NCBI GenBank assembly: GCA_048885925.1
Contig: JBHLLG010000004.1
Span: forward strand, 32,001-96,000
Reading direction: 5' to 3'
DNA length: 64,000 nt
Source: Candidatus Hermodarchaeota archaeon
GTDB lineage: Archaea > Asgardarchaeota > Lokiarchaeia > Sigyniarchaeales > SOKP01
Shown here piece after piece: positions 19,803 through 30,143 of this stretch. Below the pieces are notes generated by a model, which did no database searches, was not told the DNA's origin, and saw only the letters and a list, made by a program, of their open reading frames with translations. Position 1 is the stretch's first letter. Every line of letters starts with the position of its first letter. A program made the translations under genes and the position numbers.

Positions 19803-20486
19803 ATGCTTTCAGATGAGAAATATAAAGAAATAATTAGAAGAGAGATTGCTAAACTAAAAAAGCCTGTAAGATTAAAAGCTTTCACCTGTAAAAGAAGACC
19901 CCCCAATGGAAGTCCAATTAGAGAATGCATGGATTGTGGTCAAATTATGTCCTTGTTAAAGATCTATGAGGAAAATTCAAATGGGATGCTTAAAATCGAA
20001 GAAATGTGTATAGATGACAATCCTGAGTTTTCCAAAATGTATGACATTCAAAGAGTTCCAACAATTCTCTTCATTGATGAGAATGGGAAAGAAATAATCC
20101 GTTATTTGGCAGCACCTCAAGGGGGAGAGATTCAACCTTTTGTTCAAGCCATTTTTGCTTTTGCTGGAGGGAACAATTATTATGAAGCAACAATTAAGCA
20201 AAATTTAGATCGAATCCAACCAAGTACCATTAAGATTATGCTCACAATGTCTTGTCCTTATTGTCCACAAGTTGCATCTATAGCTAATTTATTTGCGATT
20301 GCCTCAAGAGGAAAGATAAGATCTGTCATTGTAGATATAATGGCTAACCCGGATATTGGTCAATATTATGACGCGGCAGGTGTTCCATATATAATTATTA
20401 ATGATCAAAAAACTTTAGTTGGAATGGTTGGACCAAATGAAATATTAAGAGCTCTGATTGGAGGTAATATACGTGTTCAATATTGA
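19803..20486 (+). CDS. Protein disulfide oxidoreductase, copy 2
   Basis: CMDC and CPYC, GVP; paralog of the preceding gene. Confidence 0.9.
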   Translation: MLSDEKYKEIIRREIAKLKKPVRLKAFTCKRRPPNGSPIRECMDCGQIMSLLKIYEENSNGMLKIEEMCIDDNPEFSKMYDIQRVPTILFIDENGKEIIRYLAAPQGGEIQPFVQAIFAFAGGNNYYEATIKQNLDRIQPSTIKIMLTMSCPYCPQVASIANLFAIASRGKIRSVIVDIMANPDIGQYYDAAGVPYIIINDQKTLVGMVGPNEILRALIGGNIRVQY

Positions 20487-20487
20487 T

Positions 20488-21417
20488 ATGGATAGTATCG
20501 ATTTAGATAAAATTTATGATCTTATCGTTATAGGAGGAGGACCTTCTGCAATTGGCTGTGCAATCTATGCAGCACGATTTGCTATGGAAGTATTAATTGT
20601 TGGAAAAATATTTGGAGGATTAATTGCTACAACTCATATTGTTGAGAATTATCCTGCGATTACATCAATAAGTGGTCAGGGATTAATGGATATGTTTAAA
20701 GAGCACATGGATTCTTTAAATATCCCATATATATCAGATGAAATAAGGAGTATCAACAAAATTGATGATCATTTCGAACTTTATTCTTTCTTTCAAAAAT
20801 TTAAAGCCTATTCTATTTGTATAGCAACAGGTTCAGAGAGGAAAAAACTTGGAATTCCTGGAGAAGAAGAATTTGCGGGACGAGGAGTGTCATATTGTGC
20901 AACATGTGACGGTCTTTTTTACAAAGATAAAATAGTATGTGTAATAGGAGGAAGTGATTCTGCTGCCAAAGAAGCATTATATTTAGCTCAAAACACGAAA
21001 AAAGTATATATTATTTATAGAGGAGAAGATATTAGAGCTGAACCAATAAATAAAAAACGTGTTCTTGAAAATGAAAAAATAGAGATTATTTACAAAACTA
21101 ATGTTACTGAAATAAAGGGGGAAGGGATTGTAAAATCTATAGTTTTTAATAATGGAAAAGAACTCAAGGTTGATGGTGTATTTATTGAGATTGGATCAAT
21201 TCCTAAATCTGATTTAGCTAAAAGAATAGGAGTAGTAATAAATGAAAAGGGAGAAATTAAAATCAATCGTAAATCAGAAACAAATGTTAAAGGTATTTTT
21301 GCTGCTGGAGATGTTGCTGATGCACCTTTCAAACAAGCCATAACGGGTGTAGCTGAAGGAGTTATAGCTGCTTATTCTGCTTTTGATTATGTTAAAGAAA
21401 TGAATATCGAATATTGA
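20488..21417 (+). CDS. trxB: Thioredoxin reductase
   Basis: IGGGP, VENYP, GRGVSYCATCDG, GIFAAGD; ATG at 20488 follows the PDO stop. Confidence 0.95.
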   Translation: MDSIDLDKIYDLIVIGGGPSAIGCAIYAARFAMEVLIVGKIFGGLIATTHIVENYPAITSISGQGLMDMFKEHMDSLNIPYISDEIRSINKIDDHFELYSFFQKFKAYSICIATGSERKKLGIPGEEEFAGRGVSYCATCDGLFYKDKIVCVIGGSDSAAKEALYLAQNTKKVYIIYRGEDIRAEPINKKRVLENEKIEIIYKTNVTEIKGEGIVKSIVFNNGKELKVDGVFIEIGSIPKSDLAKRIGVVINEKGEIKINRKSETNVKGIFAAGDVADAPFKQAITGVAEGVIAAYSAFDYVKEMNIEY

Positions 21418-21469
21418 TGATATTTGAATATTTTACTTAAATTTAAAATAGAAAAAAGAAAAAATGAAT

Positions 21470-21793
21470 TTACTCAACTTTTATCTCTACACTGTGAAAC
21501 TCGGGCTCTTTAAAGGGAACTTCAACTTTTAATAAGCCATTTTTATAAGTTGCTTTTGCTTCTTCTGGGTTTATAGGACAACAAAGACCATAGGAACCTA
21601 TATATATAGTATCTTCAGTTTCTCCTTTTATGAAAAAACTATCATCATGCATCTTAAGTTTAATTGATTCTTTCTCTACTCCAGGTAATTGTATTTCAAT
21701 TTTGTAAATATTTTTTTCATCATCAGCCCAAGAACATACCTCTGGAGATGTTAAAAATTTTTCCGTTTCTTTTACTTCAGACAAATTTTTCAC
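21470..21793 (-). CDS. Small heat shock protein (Hsp20)
   Basis: IQLPGVEKESI and AKATYKNGLLKVEVP. Confidence 0.9.
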   Translation of the reverse strand: MKNLSEVKETEKFLTSPEVCSWADDEKNIYKIEIQLPGVEKESIKLKMHDDSFFIKGETEDTIYIGSYGLCCPINPEEAKATYKNGLLKVEVPFKEPEFHSVEIKVE

Positions 21794-21967
21794 CTTAAAA
21801 GTATAATTTGGAATATATTTATTAATTAATGCAACTAAAATAGCGAATTTAAAAGTTCTTTCTATAGATTATTATGAGATGGACTTTTTCTCACTTATTT
21901 TTTAGACTAAAAGGAAAATTTGTTTTTATTTTATAATATTTTTAAGTTGTTTTTAAGAAGAAACTTT

Positions 21968-22891
21968 TTAATTATGGAGTAAAACTGAGTTTGTAGATAA
22001 TAGATCAGATAATTTTTCCCAGTATTCTCTTATTTCCCAATTTTGTCGATCTTTAATTTTTTCAGAGATTTCTTTTAAAATTTCCCTAATTTTAAGAGAA
22101 TAAAAATAAGTTAAATTTGAAGAGATTACAGATAACATATATTGCTTTTCTCCATATCTTTCTTTGTTATCAGGAAAAGAATCAAAGAATAAATATCCTT
22201 TATTTTGAATATTTTCAATATTAAGTAATATACTTTGAGCTTTTGTAATTCGATCATGTCCATAAATTGAAGTGGCAGCATGAAATAATTGCTTACCTAT
22301 GGTGTTAATTGAATAAGGGAGATCTTTATCAGGAGGGTAAACTTTTTTTACAATGGGACCTGTAATATCGTCCCAATAGACCAATATTAAACATAAGAGA
22401 GGTTGATCTTTTTTATTAATAGCTGATGTTATTTTAATATTTAATGATGAAAGTAACTTTTTTATCTCTTTGTCAATAAGATTAGATTTTTTAATTCGTT
22501 TTATTTTTCCAGAAATTGATGCTAGTAAATCTTCTTTATTAAAGGGTTTAGTTATATAATCATCAACTCCTAACATTTTGCCCCATCGAATATCTTCAGG
22601 AGTAGATTTTGCAGTTAGAAATAAGAATGGAATACGATTCCAATGAGGATTATTAGAAACAACACTAAAAAAATCATAACCATCCATTTCTGCCATCATT
22701 ATATCACTAATAATTAGATCGGGATTTCGTTTTAAGTCCGATAAAAGTTTTAAAGCATCTTTGCCATTTACCGCAGTTTTGACTTCATAATTATTATCTT
22801 CTAATAAGAGTCTTAAATGAAATAGGATATCTTCGTTATCATCAACTACAAGTATTAATGAGTGGGATATATCTTGCATATTGATTTGCAT
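21968..22891 (-). CDS. Response regulator receiver fused to a C-terminal longin/uDENN-like domain
   Basis: VVDD, DIMM, LTAK, KPF receiver motifs; C-terminal LILVYWDDITGPIVKKVYP. Confidence 0.8.
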   Translation of the reverse strand: MQINMQDISHSLILVVDDNEDILFHLRLLLEDNNYEVKTAVNGKDALKLLSDLKRNPDLIISDIMMAEMDGYDFFSVVSNNPHWNRIPFLFLTAKSTPEDIRWGKMLGVDDYITKPFNKEDLLASISGKIKRIKKSNLIDKEIKKLLSSLNIKITSAINKKDQPLLCLILVYWDDITGPIVKKVYPPDKDLPYSINTIGKQLFHAATSIYGHDRITKAQSILLNIENIQNKGYLFFDSFPDNKERYGEKQYMLSVISSNLTYFYSLKIREILKEISEKIKDRQNWEIREYWEKLSDLLSTNSVLLHN

Positions 22892-22940
22892 AGCACTCTT
22901 ATAGTGAAACTATCAATTAAAATTATATTTAAATTTTACT

Positions 22941-25118
22941 TTATAGATTATCTATTCTTGGAAAAAAAATTGAAAAGGTTGTTTCATTTCCTAAATTGCT
23001 TTCAACAAAAATTTCTCCGTGGTGAAGTTCTATTATATCCTTTGCTATTGATAAACCTAATCCAGTTCCAGAAGTATCTCTAGCATTAGAAGCTCTATAA
23101 AATCTTTCAAAAATATGAGGGAGTTCTTCTTCACTAATTCCTATACCACGATTTTTAAATTGAAATAAAGTCCCATTTTTTCCTTTAGGATTAAATCTTC
23201 CTTTGTAATTTTCAATCACATTTATCTTGATAATTGTATTTTCATGTGAATATTTTATCGCATTATCAAGAAGAATTCGAAAAACTTGATCAATCCTTTT
23301 AATGTCCCCTTTCATATTGATATCTTCATTAATATCAATTTGAAAAGAAATGTTTTTTTCTTGAGCAAAAGGAGAAAAGAATAATTCTATATCTTGTAAT
23401 AATTTTAAGGGATTATAGTTTTCTAAATTAAGCTCTATTTTTTTTTCATCAATTTGAGAGAGCATGAGAATATCTTCTGATAAATCTTTTAGAATTGAAA
23501 TATTCTTTTCTTCTATCTCAATAATGTAGTTTTGTAGTTCAGGGGTTAGTGAATCTTGTTTTTGCTTGAATAAATCTAAGGACATCATTAGAACAGTTAT
23601 AGGTGTTCTCAATTCATGAGAAACTGTCGATACTAAATTCTTAATTCTTCTTTCTGCTAAAATTCTTTCTGTGATATTAAGACCATAAATATTAAGATAT
23701 TTTTTTTCAGTTATAGGGGTTATAGTAAACGAGTAAAATTGATTATTTAGTTCAAGCTCAACCTGTTGAATTATTTGAGTATGAAAGACTTCCTCGACTA
23801 CATTATTTAAACTAAGAGGTAATTTATTCCCAATCTCAATATTAAACAATTTTTGACCAGCATCATTTATATATAGGACAATATCATTACCAACTCTTAA
23901 TATTGGATTTGGATTCTCCGAAGGAAACTTTGCTATACTCTTAATTTCTTCTTCTGCTTTTTTGCGTTCAGTAATATTTCGACCAACTGCAACTATATAA
24001 TTAATATCTCCTTGATCATTCATAATAATTGATCCTAAATATTCAAAGGGTATTTTTTTCCCATCCTTCGTAATTAACTCCATTTGAACCGTAGTATTGC
24101 CAGTTTCAATGGCATTACGTATAGCCTCTTCAGCTTTTATTAAATCTTCTTGACTGTAATAAGAATCAGGTGCTTTCATAGATAATATCTCCTCATCAGT
24201 ATACCCACTAATCTCATTAAAAGCTTTATTCCAGCTTATCGCTTTACCGTTCTTTGGATTAAATACAAAAAAAGTATCCATTTGAGCATTTAATGCAGTT
24301 GCCGTAAATTGCTCACTCTGTTTTAATCTTGTGAATAATGTATTTAAGGGATCTTCAAGTCCCTTTTGGACAATTGCTAAATAAATGAGATAGAAAGAGG
24401 TTATCTTAAAGAGATGGCCTATTAAATTAGATAGGTCATATACACCAACATAAAAAGTAAAAGCTAACTCTGCTACTATAGTTGATAAAATAGAAAACAT
24501 TTTCAGATGAAACGTTGTTAAATTAAGCCCTTTTCTATTTTTATATAATATTATTATAGATACTGCTAAAATTCCAATAATTATATATTCGCTGATTATC
24601 TTAAACTCGGTGAGACCAATCCCTTCAATATAACAAACTGGAAAAACCCTAGCGAAAATTAATATCAGCAAAAGTGTAGTAACAACTGTATATCCAATTA
24701 ACAGATGATTTGGATTAACTTTTTTATGCATTAAAAGAAATGCCATGAGAAATGATCCTGCTTGAAGATATCTAGCAGCGATCCATAATTGAGTAGGTAA
24801 ATTTGCGTTATATCCTTCAATTATATTCATCCCCCTATATGCTAATGTATGGATTAGATCAATTGAGCCTATATATAATAAGCTAACCCCCAGAACTAAA
24901 AATATTGAGCTCTCTATATTTTTTCGAGTATTCCATCCAATGACAAAAATTCCAAAGGCTATAACTACACTAAATAATTCAGCTATAGTATGAAATAGAA
25001 GAAAACTATAGAAGTTTGTTAGATAAATAAAAAATAATATTAAAGTAAAAACAATTATAGATGATTTACTTTGGTATCGCCTTGGAATTTCTTTTTTTGC
25101 TTCTTGCGACACAAACAC
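22941..25118 (-). CDS. Sensor histidine kinase (MASE3-like membrane domain, PAS, HisKA, HATPase)
   Basis: LLFHTIAELFS...NLPTQLWIAARY, SHELRTP, DNAIKY, GTGLGL. Confidence 0.92.
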   Translation of the reverse strand: MFVSQEAKKEIPRRYQSKSSIIVFTLILFFIYLTNFYSFLLFHTIAELFSVVIAFGIFVIGWNTRKNIESSIFLVLGVSLLYIGSIDLIHTLAYRGMNIIEGYNANLPTQLWIAARYLQAGSFLMAFLLMHKKVNPNHLLIGYTVVTTLLLILIFARVFPVCYIEGIGLTEFKIISEYIIIGILAVSIIILYKNRKGLNLTTFHLKMFSILSTIVAELAFTFYVGVYDLSNLIGHLFKITSFYLIYLAIVQKGLEDPLNTLFTRLKQSEQFTATALNAQMDTFFVFNPKNGKAISWNKAFNEISGYTDEEILSMKAPDSYYSQEDLIKAEEAIRNAIETGNTTVQMELITKDGKKIPFEYLGSIIMNDQGDINYIVAVGRNITERKKAEEEIKSIAKFPSENPNPILRVGNDIVLYINDAGQKLFNIEIGNKLPLSLNNVVEEVFHTQIIQQVELELNNQFYSFTITPITEKKYLNIYGLNITERILAERRIKNLVSTVSHELRTPITVLMMSLDLFKQKQDSLTPELQNYIIEIEEKNISILKDLSEDILMLSQIDEKKIELNLENYNPLKLLQDIELFFSPFAQEKNISFQIDINEDINMKGDIKRIDQVFRILLDNAIKYSHENTIIKINVIENYKGRFNPKGKNGTLFQFKNRGIGISEEELPHIFERFYRASNARDTSGTGLGLSIAKDIIELHHGEIFVESNLGNETTFSIFFPRIDNL

Positions 25119-25230
25119 CTTTTTTGAATCTGAAATTTTATTATTCTTAGATCATATTTAATATTTTTTTCTATAATATTAAAAAATTCTTACATATTAA
25201 AAAAAGCTGAAATTAATTACTGAAAATGAT

Positions 25231-25779
25231 TCAACTAATTGTAGATTTTTCAAACATAGCGTATATTGTTGTCTTATGAATCGAATAAATAAACTCTGGA
25301 GGAATAGTCTCTTTTAACTTTTTTATAAAATCGTTAATAACTTTTTCATTAAACTTATCATCATATGCCAAATCAGGGTCAAATTTGTGCAGAAAAATAG
25401 AAAAATCGAAGCTACCAATTTCATTAACTGAATTAATCACCTTTTTCAAATAATCAAGTGCAATATTATAACGCTTGACGTCTTGAATATCAATAACATA
25501 TATAATTTTATTAGCGCCCTTTACATATTTACTAAAATTATTAAAATAATCATCAAAGTAGGCCTTCTGACCTCCAAGATCCCAAATTGCATAATTTGAA
25601 TTTAAAGCTTCAAATTCTTGTACATTAAGACCTTTTGTAGGCATCGGAGAATTAAAAGCAGATATACGTTTAATACCCTTTAAACAATTTAAAATTGATG
25701 TTTTCCCACTATTATCTAATCCTATTAAAACAATTTTTATAGAACCTTCAGCAAAATCGTTATTTTTTAATCTCTTCAT
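25231..25779 (-). CDS. Small GTPase, Rag/Arf-like
   Basis: G1 GLDNSGKTS, G2 PTKG, G3 DLGGQ, G4 HKFD, G5 TTIY. Confidence 0.9.
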   Translation of the reverse strand: MKRLKNNDFAEGSIKIVLIGLDNSGKTSILNCLKGIKRISAFNSPMPTKGLNVQEFEALNSNYAIWDLGGQKAYFDDYFNNFSKYVKGANKIIYVIDIQDVKRYNIALDYLKKVINSVNEIGSFDFSIFLHKFDPDLAYDDKFNEKVINDFIKKLKETIPPEFIYSIHKTTIYAMFEKSTIS

Positions 25780-25820
25780 CCTTTTTAAAAAAGATTTTCA
25801 AACTTTATATTTTCAATGAG

Positions 25821-26156
25821 TTAAGTTAAAGTATCAATAACATCGACATCTCTTATATCTTTGAATTTTTCTTTGTAAAGAGTTCCTACTATTGAATTTA
25901 TGCTCGATAGAAGAGTAAAAACATCCAAATTCTTTATCTTATAATATTTTACATTATCCTTCTTCTCAAAATCTATAATATTGTTTTCTGAGAGCATATT
26001 AAGATGTTTAGAAATAGTTGATTGAGATCTTCTTAATTCTTTTTGAATTTCTGATGAATTTTTATTATTTTTTCTTAATATGTCTAAAATTTTTAATCTT
26101 GTTGGATGGGCTAACAGCTTCAAAAATTCAATAGTATATTTTCTTAATTCACTCAT
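25821..26156 (-). CDS. ArsR/SmtB-family regulator
   Basis: LAHPTRLKIL...SQSTISKHL. Confidence 0.9.
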   Translation of the reverse strand: MSELRKYTIEFLKLLAHPTRLKILDILRKNNKNSSEIQKELRRSQSTISKHLNMLSENNIIDFEKKDNVKYYKIKNLDVFTLLSSINSIVGTLYKEKFKDIRDVDVIDTLT

Positions 26157-26348
26157 CGATTTATTATAAGATTTTTTTTACTAGTTTTTAAAGCTTATTT
26201 TAATGGTTTATTAATGTTGCTTTATTAATAGGAGAAACACAAAGATTTAAATATGATGAAATCGTAATATTCTTATATCGTGGTATCGCGATTTATGAAT
26301 ACCTTATCTTCAATATTAAATGAAGAAAAAAAACTATTTTGAGAGAAA

Positions 26349-26876
26349 ATGATAAGCGAGAAAATAGGAATTGATGATATTGATTGCAAAATTATGGATT
26401 TAATTCAGAGAGCGCCAAATCTTACTCACACAGAAATAGCAGAACATGTGAATCGTAGTCAACCAACTGTAGGTATGAGAATTAAGAAGCTTGAAAAATT
26501 AGGTGTTTTAAAATATCAAGCGGGTATAAACATAAAAGAAGCAGATCTCTGTTTTGCAAGGATTGAACTTCAAACAAAGAATCCAGATAATGCTATTGAA
26601 AAAATAAAGAAATGTCCTTTTCTTTTAAATGCATTTCGATTATCCGGAGACTCAAATATTAGTATTTTAACTATAGGCTTAAATGTTAAAGATCTTGATA
26701 GAATTGTAAATCAAAATTTTAGAAATGACCCTGATGTTATTGATGTCCATATTGATGTAATTTCTGATATTGTAAATGATTTTGTCTTGCCAATGGACCT
26801 ACAGCTTGAATATGGAGAATTAGTATTACATAAGAATTGCTGTGGTAAATGTAATTGTAAAAGCAGAATTTGTTAA
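26349..26876 (+). CDS. Lrp/AsnC-family regulator with Cys-rich tail
   Basis: IDDIDCKI HTH, SQPTVGMRIKKL, CPF...LSGD, tail CCGKCNCKSRIC. Confidence 0.9.
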   Translation: MISEKIGIDDIDCKIMDLIQRAPNLTHTEIAEHVNRSQPTVGMRIKKLEKLGVLKYQAGINIKEADLCFARIELQTKNPDNAIEKIKKCPFLLNAFRLSGDSNISILTIGLNVKDLDRIVNQNFRNDPDVIDVHIDVISDIVNDFVLPMDLQLEYGELVLHKNCCGKCNCKSRIC

Positions 26877-26929
26877 AAGAATTCAATAAATTTAATCTAT
26901 TTTTAAATCTTTAAATTTATATAACGTAT

Positions 26930-27006
26930 TACAGATGTGATATTTTTCAGATCCATCCTTAAGATTTTCAACTATAATAGATTTGGGTGTAGAATCTTTA
27001 TCAATA
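26930..27006 (-). pseudogene. Decayed copy of the ferredoxin gene at 29019-29258
   Basis: Ungapped manual alignment to 29057-29133 gives 63/77 identical nt; three Cys codons are mutated. Confidence 0.75.
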
Positions 27007-27080
27007 TATCTTGGTTGTCTAATTTACTCATTAAGATTATTCAAATAAAAGATTTTAACAATAAACAACAAATCTGACTG

Positions 27081-28178
27081 TTAGAAGAAGTTACATCCAT
27101 AACATCTCTCATTACTATATGCTTCACATCTTAAGCAATTTCTACCACATGGAGTATCTCGATTATCAATGTCAAATAAATTAATCGGGAAAAATTCTGG
27201 TTTAGATAAATCAGATGCAAATATAATTTCTGTTGAATTAATTTGGTTTTTATCAACTAATAGACAATAATTAATAAAACTATTCAAATCATCAATATTT
27301 CTCCCAATTATTCCAAATTTTAGATGAAATCGTCCTGTTATTCTTGATATTAGAAACACTCTGGGACATTTTGTAAATATGCTAACGAACTTTTCAATAT
27401 AGTCATAATTTTTTAATTCAATATTAACATAAGCTGCTCTAATACCAAGCGAATTAAAATTAATATTTCCTTGAATTTTCAATGTATTAGATTCTGTTAA
27501 CTTTTTAATTCGGTTTTGTATGCCTGTATGACTCATTTCTAAATTTTTTGCCATTAAAGGTTTGCTTTCTCTTCCATCTAAATGTAATTGAAGGAGAATA
27601 TGTTTATCAATATTATCTAATTTTATCACTTTATCTTCCCAATCTCTTTTTTTTTTAAGTTTTTTCAGTTCTTCTAATTGCTTTTTTCCCTCTAATCTGG
27701 CATATAAAATAGGAGAAATATATTCTGCAATTTTCTCTAATCCTTTAACATCTTCTTTTGTATAATTTGATTTCTTATTAGCTACACTAATCATTCCAAT
27801 AACTCTCTTTTGATATAATAAAGGTACTGCTATCGCCCGATTCATAGGAATATGGCCTTCAGGTGGATTCAAAGGTTGATTGGATTGAAATGTTTTTCCC
27901 TGTACTATAGATCTAGCCCAAAGTCCGTTACTATTAGCCCAATCTCCACGAGGAAAAGCAATGTCTTTACTAGGAATTTCGCATCTTTCCCATACTTCCT
28001 TAGTAAATGAAGGTAAAACCAAATCACCATCTTCCTTTATATAACCAAAAATACCATAATCGCTCTCAATTACAGAAAGTATAATGGTTAAAACTTTAGA
28101 ATAAACTCGATCATCCTCAAATCTAGTAAATGTTTCAATAATTTTATCTCTGATTTTTATTCCTAATTTTGGACTCAT
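27081..28178 (-). CDS. GAF domain fused to an Lrp/AsnC regulator with Cys-rich tail
   Basis: GAF SNQP...PEGHIPMNRAIAVPL...GMISVAN; LDNIDKHIL HTH; CPRV; PCGRNCLRCEAYSNERCYGC. Confidence 0.85.
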   Translation of the reverse strand: MSPKLGIKIRDKIIETFTRFEDDRVYSKVLTIILSVIESDYGIFGYIKEDGDLVLPSFTKEVWERCEIPSKDIAFPRGDWANSNGLWARSIVQGKTFQSNQPLNPPEGHIPMNRAIAVPLLYQKRVIGMISVANKKSNYTKEDVKGLEKIAEYISPILYARLEGKKQLEELKKLKKKRDWEDKVIKLDNIDKHILLQLHLDGRESKPLMAKNLEMSHTGIQNRIKKLTESNTLKIQGNINFNSLGIRAAYVNIELKNYDYIEKFVSIFTKCPRVFLISRITGRFHLKFGIIGRNIDDLNSFINYCLLVDKNQINSTEIIFASDLSKPEFFPINLFDIDNRDTPCGRNCLRCEAYSNERCYGCNFF

Positions 28179-28480
28179 TTATTGAAATTGCTCTTTTATC
28201 ACTTTTATAAAATATAGACAAGAGTGTTACTTTTCATCATTTAAAAAAGATTTATGTTAATATAAATAAGTAAAGTAATTATATAAAGACATTAATTTAG
28301 ACAATCTTACCGACATTTTTGAGTTAATAATTTTTGACAAAAAGTTCAACTTAGGCATAATGAAGCTTTTTCTTTTTTTTTAGTTTCATTTTGAAAGTAA
28401 AAAATGAATAAAGCTTTATAAATGAAAGCGATCTATATTTTAAATAATAAGTCAAAGTTTTTACTCACAAAATTAAGTGA

Positions 28481-29008
28481 TTGTTGATGATAGCTGAAAA
28501 AATGGGCGTAGATGATATCGATTGCAGAATAATCGATTTACTACAGAAAGAACCAAATCTTACACATTATCAAATTGCAGAATATGTAAATCGTAGTCAA
28601 CCTACGGTAGGAACACGAATAAAAAGGCTTGAAAAAATTGGAGTATTAAAATATCAAGCTGGAATAAATTTGAAAGAAGCAGATCTCTGTTTTGCTCGAA
28701 TTGAGCTTCAATCAAAAAAGCCAGAAAGAACAATTGAAATCGTGAAAAATTGCCCATTTTTACTGAATGCTATAAGGTTGAGTGGTGATATAAATATTAG
28801 TATTATAAGCGTAGGATTAAATTATCTAGATATCGACCATATTGTTAATTGCCATTTTCGAAATGACCCAGATGTGGTTAGCGTCCACATCGATATAATC
28901 GCTGATGTTCTTCATGACCTTGTTTTACCAATAGACTTAAATCTTGAATATGGAGAATTAGATTTACGAAATATGTGTAATGAAAGATGTAGGTACTATT
29001 CTTTATAA
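28481..29008 (+). CDS. Lrp/AsnC-family regulator, close paralog of 26349-26876
   Basis: Shares YQAGINxKEADLCFARIELQ, CPFLLNA and FRNDPDV. Confidence 0.9.
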   Translation: MLMIAEKMGVDDIDCRIIDLLQKEPNLTHYQIAEYVNRSQPTVGTRIKRLEKIGVLKYQAGINLKEADLCFARIELQSKKPERTIEIVKNCPFLLNAIRLSGDINISIISVGLNYLDIDHIVNCHFRNDPDVVSVHIDIIADVLHDLVLPIDLNLEYGELDLRNMCNERCRYYSL

Positions 29009-29018
29009 TAATAGGAAT

Positions 29019-29258
29019 TCAATCTATTCTTAACGCCTTCAATTTACATGCTGTAGTACAGATGTGACATTTTACACATCTATCTTCGCGATCTTCAACT
29101 ACAACACATTTAGGTGTAGAATCTTTATTAATAACCTCATAGATTCCTCTAAAACATGCTTCTTCGCAAGAAAAATCTTTGCATTGTTCACATTTGGAGG
29201 TATCTATATGATGGAATTTATAACTTTCAATAGTGACTGGATCGTCTGCTTCACTCAT
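29019..29258 (-). CDS. Ferredoxin (two 4Fe-4S-type motifs)
   Basis: CEQCKDFSCEEAC and CVKCHICTTAC. Confidence 0.85.
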   Translation of the reverse strand: MSEADDPVTIESYKFHHIDTSKCEQCKDFSCEEACFRGIYEVINKDSTPKCVVVEDREDRCVKCHICTTACKLKALRID

Positions 29259-29379
29259 TATGATTATTCAAATAAATAACTCTTTTTATCTATTAAGGTT
29301 ATATTCAATAACAAAGTCTCTTAATTTAAGAATAAGTTTAACCTTAATATTATTGATTACAGATTTTAAAACAAGATTC

Positions 29380-30048
29380 ATGGAATATTGTAAAAAAGTT
29401 CTTTTTGAAATACCAAACCTTATGAAAGGTAAATTTGTATCAAGACCAAATAGATTTATAGGAGAAATTATGTACAACGGACAGATTGAAACTGCTCATA
29501 TACATGATCCTGGCAGATTGAAGGAATTACTTATTAAAGGAGTGGAAGTGTTATTTACACATTCACAGGGTAAATTGAAATATTATATTAAAGCTGTTCA
29601 TACCAACAACGAATGGGTCCTTATTGATACCGCATTACATTCCAAGATTGCAATGAAAGTATTTGAGTATTTACCCGAAATTTCAAATGTGAAAGAAATT
29701 AAAAAAGAAGTAAAAATAGGTAATAGTAGATTAGATTTTTTACTTGACCACACACCATTAGAAGTAAAAGGTGTAACATTAGTAAAGGATGATATAGCCC
29801 TTTTTCCTGATGCTCCTACTGAGCGTGGAGCAAGACATGTAAAAGAAATTATAGAGCATAATGGAATTATATTATTTTTAATTCTACGTAAAGCTAAAAA
29901 ATTCAAACCATATCTAAAGATGGATCCTAAATTTTCAAAAATTTTAAGCCAAGCAAGAAAAAAACGTATTAAAATTTTTGCCGTTCGAGTCAGTTTTGAT
30001 GGAAAAACTATCTATTACAATGGGAGAATACCCTTAGATGATTTTTAA
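29380..30048 (+). CDS. sfsA: SfsA DNA/RNA nuclease (start moved to ATG 29380)
   Basis: RPNRF, HIHDPGRL, SRLDFLL, EVKGVTL, FPDAPTERGARH; the longer ORF overlaps the ferredoxin. Confidence 0.92.
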   Translation: MEYCKKVLFEIPNLMKGKFVSRPNRFIGEIMYNGQIETAHIHDPGRLKELLIKGVEVLFTHSQGKLKYYIKAVHTNNEWVLIDTALHSKIAMKVFEYLPEISNVKEIKKEVKIGNSRLDFLLDHTPLEVKGVTLVKDDIALFPDAPTERGARHVKEIIEHNGIILFLILRKAKKFKPYLKMDPKFSKILSQARKKRIKIFAVRVSFDGKTIYYNGRIPLDDF

Positions 30049-30102
30049 TCAGCTTGTAAAAAAAATTGTTCATTTATTTGTGATTAGAACTTAAAATAAT
30101 AA

Positions 30103-30143
30103 ATACTAATTTTTTATAAATTTATACTAATATTTTATAAATT
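30103..30143. repeat. Tandem 20-nt direct repeat, 21-nt period, upstream of an Lrp gene
   Basis: ATACTAATTTTTTATAAATT and ATACTAATATTTTATAAATT, one mismatch. Confidence 0.5.

Noticed and set aside
10490-21417. Selenocysteine recoding in the redox genes
   Set aside because: All redox motifs are Cys-encoded; TGA codons occur only at natural C-termini; no SECIS recognised
29233-29379. N-terminal extension of the sfsA ORF
   Set aside because: Overlaps the divergent ferredoxin start and promoter region; family similarity begins after ATG 29380
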